Positions 56,231 through 64,000 of a stretch of DNA of 64,000 nt are shown here, one piece after another (the stretch's first letter is position 1; the number at the start of each line of letters is the position of its first letter). The notes beneath the pieces are model-generated. The model was not told the origin of the DNA. It searched no databases and saw only the letters and a program-made list of their open reading frames with translations. The stretch is taken from NCBI GenBank assembly GCA_012295275.1, contig CM022665.1, positions 38,750,001 to 38,814,000 of the forward strand, written 5' to 3'. The position numbers and the translations under genes were made by a program. The DNA is from Chrysomallon squamiferum. Its lineage: Eukaryota; Animalia; Mollusca.

Positions 56231-58689
56231 CCGCCTCACTCTTCTGTTTATTAGCGACGAGCGCGCTTTGAAGCAAATGCGAGAAAATTGCTTAATTACA
56301 AAGTAAAAATGAAGCAGCGAACACCGTTGAAAGAGGAAATCGAACTGTTGAATGGTATCACACTTTATCTATTAGTCCGAGCCAATGGTCGATTCGTTCT
56401 GGTTCTACTTGAAACGTCAAGTAATGAATAGAGACCTTTTAGACATTTACTTTTCTAGCTTCTCGATTCATCTAACGAGCAGAAAATTAAAAAATAATAA
56501 TAATAATAAAATAGAAAAAAAAAATATTTTCAAAATGCATTGGTATGATATGAAAAAAAAAAAAAAAAAATCAAAAAAAAATCAAAAGATCGGAATCAAA
56601 TACATTTTAGCCTGAGGAAATATTTGTTAACTTTTTATAGGGGGGCGGGTAGGGATTTCTTGGTTATTTTTCTCCGATAAATCATTGACGCTATTGGAGA
56701 CGAAATTTTGAAAAGTGGGGTAAATGAAATGTATAAAGTCAGGCTACTGCTTCTGATTGATGTTGGATGTCTGGCACAGGTGTCCACAAGGTATCATCAA
56801 TGAGATTTTCTGCTCCAACGAGTGAATGGTAAAACAATAAGGACCTCACATCACACTGGGAGACTGGGCCAATTGTTCATCGCGATCACTGCCTTTCACA
56901 CCTTTACGAACAAGAAAATTGCTTTTCGCTTACTGATCAACCAACACAAAGGTGGCGTGGCCGCCTTCCGCCACACGTGTCGTCGTTATGTTGTAAAACG
57001 TCGAGGCAAACAGCAGATTGAAAACGTCGCAGCGACAATTGGAACATCACTAAACGACAATTGATACTATTACAAACGACAGTTTGAAAACGACGTGGAA
57101 CAACATTTGCAACGAAATGATTGTCAGTGCAAACGAATGGCATTTACTTACCATGAGAAAACACGTGTTAATTTCAATAGACAACAACTCCTTTCATGTC
57201 CTGAAAAATTTTCCCCATTGAAATCGCTCTGTTATCACTGCTCGGCGCTTTTAAATCACTTCTGAAATAATCATTATGGTCTGGTTGTAGAAAAATATCC
57301 CTAGGGATAAAGTACGGCTGGGTCAGTTTGTATAAGCAATGTAATGTAAGTGCAGATTATTATTTTGTTTTTATCTCTTTTTTCTTCTTGCACTTTATTT
57401 TCAACAAGTCTATCTCGCTCAGTTGGATAAGTCTTTGCTTCAAGCCGGTGTACAATAAACACGATATGAAACATCTCAGAAATACGCTAACATTTTTTTT
57501 TTTTAAAAACAACAAAAAAATACTTATAGTTTTTGTATAAATCAGCTGTGAAAATAAATAAAAATAAAACACCGTTTCTGGGTACGTAAAATGAGACTGC
57601 GTGCTTAATGTAAGTATGTAAGTAAATTAGAAATAAATGAATGCTTTACTGTTTAATGACACTTCAAGATATACTGTAATACAAATTATATAGTTTTGCA
57701 AGATTCTGAGATTTGCGTATGAAAATAATACATACAAGATAAGAAAATACTTAATATTACCTCGTCTATTACGCTTAAATGTTACCAGTGAAACATCTTT
57801 AAACGCATCTGTACATAGGAAAAAATACATCTACTTTGATAAATCATTCGTCAGAGGATGGTTGGAACGGGAATTAATTTAACAGTATCACTCAGGATGC
57901 TTAATTCTGCGACCTGTTAATTCACACCCAATACTGAAACATGGTCACCTTTCAGTTACGAGAATGAAGAATAATAAAATGTTACTGCATATGCAATTAT
58001 TAATTATTTTCTGGCATTAAAAGAAAACGATATCTTATTGTGCATAATTTGATACAATAATGATACAGATACTTTAATATGTTCTGAACTTGCATAATTA
58101 TAATTATTATTATTCTTTTTATGTCAAGAAATATTTCACATAACAACATCTTCACCAGTTTCATCCAGCGTAATAATTATAAGCTCTTCTGCTGAAATAA
58201 GCTCAGGTGTAAAATCGATACAAACTGAACGAATATCAAACGAAAATAAAGCGGTAATTCAAATGACATATTTTCTTCTTATACGAAATCTAAGAATTTG
58301 TACACAGTTGTATAACGTATACGATAGATGAAGATTCTAATGATAATATATTGTATTATGAAATTAAAAATTCCATAGTATACGCATTTAAATATTTGTA
58401 CAAGTGATTACAGAAAATCCGCTGCGTTGGTCAGATTGAAGCTAAATTTTTGCCCCTATTATTTTTTCTTCTCTTGACACTTAAAACAACAACAACAAAA
58501 AAAAAAAAACGATTTAATAAATGCATTTGCCTATATACATTTTTTGTGGCGTACAAAAATTAATCATTAATAAATTGATTTTTGTTTTATTATTATTTTA
58601 AGGTTAAACTGATTTTTGTTCTGTTATAGTTTTCAAGTTACTGCTTTTTCCTCACTGTGTCTTGGTTAATTAAAAATGTATTTCATCAT

Positions 58690-58768
58690 GCATATGTGTG
58701 TATATGTATATGTATATGTATGTGTATGTGTATGGATATGGATATGGATATGTGTATGTGTATGCGTA

Positions 58769-58805
<37 letters not shown>

Positions 58806-59050
58806 GGGTATGTGCAAGTGCAAGTGTAAGTGCAAGTGTAAGTGTAAGTGTAAGTGTAAGTGTAAGTGTATGTAATGTGTATGTGTTTGAGTATGTATAA
58901 GTGTATGGGTATGTGTTTTAGTATGTGTATGTGTATGTGTATGTGTACAGGAATGGGTATGGGTATGGGCATGAATATGTGTATGTGGATGTGGATGTGG
59001 ATGTGGATGTGGATGTGGATGTGGATGTGGATGTGGATGTGGATGTGTAC
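58690..59050. repeat. Compound hexamer microsatellite (ATGTAT/ATGTGT/ATGGAT/AAGTGY/ATGGGT/ATGTGG)
   Basis: Continuous 6-bp periodicity with blockwise changes of the repeat unit. Confidence 0.95.
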
Positions 59051-61713
59051 GAGTAAGTGGAAATAAGTATATGTGTCTGTATTTGTTCATCGCTGTGTTG
59101 TGCACATATATAATTATGTTCATGTTTACGTTTATACATAGACTCAGCGATGTACGGATGGATGTTAATACGTGTGAATTTTTTTAAAATGCGCGTTTCA
59201 TAACAGCTGTAATGGCACGAACGTGACGTTAAAGAGCTGTATAATTAATTAGTCGTTTATTTCCAAGTACTGAAAGCTCATTTCAAACCATGTGGGATCT
59301 AGCAGGGATCAATAAGATTCATTAGTAAGCCTTTGTTTGATGTTCTCATGTTTGGAGTGAAAGCAATCACAAACAGCTATATACGGCTAAACAGTCTATG
59401 AGTGCTGTAATCAGAACACAGAAATCTCTGGCCCGGGGCAACTTCCAGTTTCTCTTTTTAACAACCAGCCATCGCCATAGCTACTTGAACAAAGTTCCGG
59501 CAAGACAATGAAACATGCGCATTTCACCACTTTAACCAATATTTACTGTACTTATGGTTTGATTATAAGAATAGACTTTTCAAAAGCTGTAGCCGAAGTT
59601 AAGCAAACACTTTAAGCAAAATCTATCGAGGGAATACGTAAAGCGAAGACCAGCAGAGGAAATCCGTATCTGGGTTAGCATATTACTTTTAAAAACCGTT
59701 ACCTATTGTGACTGCGGTGTTTGCGATGTATTGGGTTGGCCGACACTCTCAAACGATTGAAGAGCAATGAGCCATGATGGACATAAAAACCCAGACCAAC
59801 GCCTGGATGAACAATACACTATAGGCGTTGAACATTCGCACTTTCCGATTGAAATGAGACGGGGGACATATGAAAAATCATATTGTCCAGTGTGGCTCTC
59901 ACTAAACGCCAAACTAGTATTGAATTAGCCTCATGATTCCTTAGTATTCCACGCTTGTCCAATAATGCTCAGTTCACAATGGTGTATCCGGCCCCCACAC
60001 AATTGATTACTGCGGCTAAACGTCCGAAAGCCGACATGATACATATTTCTTTTTTTTTAAAAAATTTCAAAACATACCTTGCCGTGCTGAACGAAAGGTG
60101 CGGCAACATGCATTCGAAAGTGATTTTTTGTTTATCCATTATAACCCTGGAAAAGAGCTTTTAATGACGAAGTTTTTGTATTTTATCCCAGAGGTATAGA
60201 ATCAAAAGGGAAATTACTCTTTATCCAGCATTGTAGCTTTTATATTAACATTACTAATTATTTCTCTATGTGTAGCATAATACGCCCAATAAACAGCCTA
60301 CAATTATGCACATGACCATATGTGAAGGTTGCAGTATTGTTGAACACACAATGTATTTAATAACTAAACATGGAAAAAAAAAAGTGATTATTCAGTTAAT
60401 GTTTGTATAAAAATATTGGGTTCGGAATCCTAAGTATCTAATGCCGTCGTTCCTATACAAAATGACAGCTTCAACGTCTAGATTGATAAATTACTGCTTT
60501 ACGGTGTAATTTTTGATAGATGTATTTTGTTCTTGAATATTACAACCAATAAAGCTGTTGAAATCTGTATATGGAAACAGGAACTTTTTGTTAATAATAA
60601 TTTATACTTTCGTCGAATCTCAGCTATTAAACGACACATAATTTAAATTTTAAAATTATTAACGGCTTAGCTAAATATTTAACAAAAGATTTACATACAT
60701 GTATTTAACCAAAACATTTTTGCATACACAAATATTATCGGATAATCACACATATCTGAGACGCTTCGATATTACAGCACGTTTAAACGTAATGTGTAAG
60801 TGCTTCCCAAAATGACTCGGAGATCCCATATGTATACTTCATTTCAAAATAGCAAAATGGAAGGTTTTTTTTTTTTTTTTTTAAACAGTATCGATATACA
60901 TTATAATACTCGATGGGAACAACACTGTGTCATTTCATGTTGGCCATTGAAGTCATCTTATCCAATAACGCGTCAAAAGAAAAAAAGCAACGATAAAGAA
61001 TAGCAATACTGTGTTATGAAAAGAGAGAGAAAAAAAAAAAGTAAAGCGTAGAGTTTAAATTCAGACAAAACCAAAATCCGGTAACTGCCTAATAATTTCC
61101 TGATTCTTCAATTAAAAAAAAAAAAAAACAGGAAAGAAAGAAAGAAAGAAAAAAGGTTCTTTGAAATGTTTTATAACCTTTGAGAATGATACAAACCGGA
61201 TTTGTATTATTGTAGAATGTTTGTTTAGAGTCTTCTGTGTTTCAAAGACTAGCAGTTTTTAAATCTGTAGTATTAAATGTAAATTGTTTTTATGTGAAGC
61301 ATTGGTACTGATGACATTCATTTATCTCTCAACCTTTATTCAGGTTACCTTTCTGGCTGAAAGCAATAGTTTTCGTTTAATTATTCGTTGAAAATTACAA
61401 GTTTCAATATTGAAAATGGGTAAGGTAGTTAAAATATATTTGGCTAAAAACTAGGTTTTGTGATTCTTTATGATGTTTTCGATGCATAAAATATGTATCT
61501 ATATATATATATATATGCATTTCTTTTGCTCAGAGCATTTATTTACTGCTTTTACAAGATACAAATATAAACTTTTGTTGTATATGATTATTTACACTTT
61601 AATACTTTAACGCTTTAAATTCAATAAACATTCTGCTTCTTCAATTTTGTTACCTACGAAAAAAAACCCAGAAGAAATCTACAACTGTCAAATTAGTTTC
61701 TGCAGTTCGTGTT

Positions 61714-61745
<32 letters not shown>

Positions 61746-62534
61746 GATTAAATATCTGTACAATGATTGATGACTGATGACGTTTTAACTAACAGATTTC
61801 TCTGTAATGAAATAGGCATATTTCCCAAAGGTCATGTAATGTTCTTGCATAGCTTCCGCTCCAGAGAACAAAGTCAGTGTTTGACAACAATCGCCCGCTT
61901 TCCGCCTTGCCTCATTATCTCGTGGCGTGCTCCGCTAACGCAATAACCGTAGTCTCTGCGATCAGAACCATCTAAGATTAAGTGCTACAGTATTGATCAT
62001 TTATTAACGTTCAGAGTGCTTTATGCAAATCCTCGGGGCGCAAATGGCGCTCATTTCCTTTAGGTTTTCTTGCAAAACTGTTTACCAATTACATCTTCTA
62101 ATAAACTCGAACAAATCGTAAACACGTTTGCATGCAAACGATATTGCCTCGAAATAATAGCAACAAGGAAAACATTGCGGCGCTGACGTTCATGGTGATT
62201 TGACAATTAGATGAGCCAATATCACGAGCAAGCGACGTCGCCTGATTGCGTGTGATCGATGCCTACCCAGGTCTCTGCTGTTTAACGTAATTGGGGATAA
62301 ATAACCGTTGAGTGCGGCAGTAGGCTTTAATGCAGTGTTTTACTTTCAAGGGGTATTACGATTATTAGTCTAGAAGTGAAGGGTTCCGAAATGTGCGCTC
62401 TCTCGTACTAACTTATTGGACAATTCGTTTTGAAGAGCACATTCTCACTTGGCGCTTCATTGGGTGTTAACCAAATGCTAGTGGCCGAAACGTTACACTG
62501 TGACGCGTTTCATTAAATATCAGAAGAGGAAACG

Positions 62535-62780
62535 ACGTACTATGACGTGTTTCAGCAAACGAGAAATAAAAGCTATATGTTTCACAAAATCCTACCAGGC
62601 CTCAAAAAGCCCAGAATATGACATATTTTCTCAAAATTCTGGTAGCCGAAATAAACAGATCATGACGCAATACCTGTAGTCAAAATGACATAATAGTATT
62701 ATGTCACGTTTTATAAAAACGGTAGCAGCAAAAAACAATGTATGATGCATTTCATCAAAATGAATGTTTCAGAAATAAAT
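62535..62780 (+). repeat. Degenerate ~40-bp tandem repeat containing a 21-bp palindrome
   Basis: Recurrent tatga…ttt…caaaa…(ggtagc)…aaa units; TGACATAATA-G-TATTATGTCA at 62686-62706. Confidence 0.55.
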
Positions 62781-63839
62781 AAAAAGAAAAACAAATACAG
62801 AAAGACACAAAGAAGAGATGAACACCAAAAAGTATCATAACTGTTTAACGTTTGTACATGTAATTAGTACTATTACTGAATAAAGTAGTTTCAGTTAATA
62901 GCGGTTTTTAATTTTTATTTCGGTTACGAAGAATCACATTCGATTCAAAGTTTCACATTTCTGAAACGTAGATATTTGTATAACTTTTCTCACCATAATC
63001 TTAAAGTGCATAGAACATTTTTATCATTAATGTAGGGAACTCCATTTATTTATTCCTTTATTTACAGCTAATAATGGTATTTAGCTATAACTTGTCTTTC
63101 ATCATTTTTCTGTATGCTGAATATCTTAGATATAAAAATAATTCTAAATCAACTTATACTCGAAACATGTAGTTCGAAAAACAAAATTCATCATAAATGA
63201 ACGTATAGCTGAACTTGCCAATGAATGTATATAGACCACAGAAAGAATGATGATGGTGGTAGTAAGATGGTTGGCTGGATGATTGAATGACTCAATAAAC
63301 GAAAGGATCGCTGAACGGACAGGACGTTGAGAGGGCAGTAGAGATATTGATGATTTTGCACTATATGATCGTATATACTTAAACAGTATTTCATATTCTC
63401 CACACGTTTTCAGTTTTACTTTAAAAAAGACAATAACAACACAGACAAAAAAAAAAAAAAATCTATATAATATAACCATTAATTTACACAAAAGGATATG
63501 CACCAACATACGCGGCTTTCGTGAAACAGACCATAGGAAATTTGTCGTCCCCAAGTCCCCGGCCTGTCGCTGATGTGGACTCGTATCAGCGACTGAATAT
63601 GAAACCTGCCGTGTGTTAATAACGTTTAGATTACACAGCCCATTGCTTTGATAGGAGCCGGATTCAGGCCGGAAGTGAGGCCATTACTCAAGCTATCAGC
63701 CGCCGACGTTAGAAGCTTGATCAGGGAGAAAATTCGACAGATAATCAAACTCTGTCATTGTGTGGAAGCTCATGTTCGCCTTTGTTATTGATAGGTCTTT
63801 ACAACCAGTGTCACCTTTTTTTTTTTTTTTAATACCTCG

Positions 63840-63888
<49 letters not shown>

Positions 63889-64000
63889 AGCATTTATTTG
63901 CTTTTTAGCGCTACAGAACGACCTGACATTGTCTAAGGATTAAACGCATTGCAATTTATAGTCCACGAAGGTAGAAAATCTATTACGTAGCTTTGTATAA

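Noticed and set aside
63540-63660. Partial resemblance to miR-92 (gtccccggcctg) and miR-2 (acagcc…gctttgat) mature sequences
   Set aside because: The seeds do not match and no convincing precursor hairpin is seen.

Overview
Very AT-rich, microsatellite-dense animal genomic DNA. It is probably from a lophotrochozoan, possibly a gastropod mollusc; this is inferred from the protein and from SINE-like remnants recognised from memory. Only one protein-coding gene is supportable: a two-exon NK2.2/vnd-class homeobox gene on the + strand (exon 1 CDS 41988-42234, 10,073-bp phase-1 GT-AG intron, exon 2 CDS 52308-53119, 352 aa). It has a TN/eh1 motif, the NPYTRWL motif, a Tyr54 homeodomain, the NK2-specific domain and a Met/Asn/Ser-rich tail. 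The remaining ~63 kb has no other recognisable gene. It consists of simple repeats interleaved with many 0.3-1 kb CpG-containing complex-sequence islands, resembling the cis-regulatory landscape of a developmental transcription factor. The most notable non-coding structures are a 169-bp inverted repeat with 165/169 identity (9508-10901), a degenerate triplicated ~100-bp module 1.4-2 kb upstream of the ATG, a candidate intronic TATA promoter with a phase-compatible alternative first exon, and a hexamer microsatellite forming 9 tandem NK2-type (C/T)AAGTG cores. Decayed RTE-like LINE and SINE remnants are also present. Nearly all other ORFs in the track are microsatellite artefacts. No previously undescribed system can be demonstrated from sequence alone; the findings are testable hypotheses.
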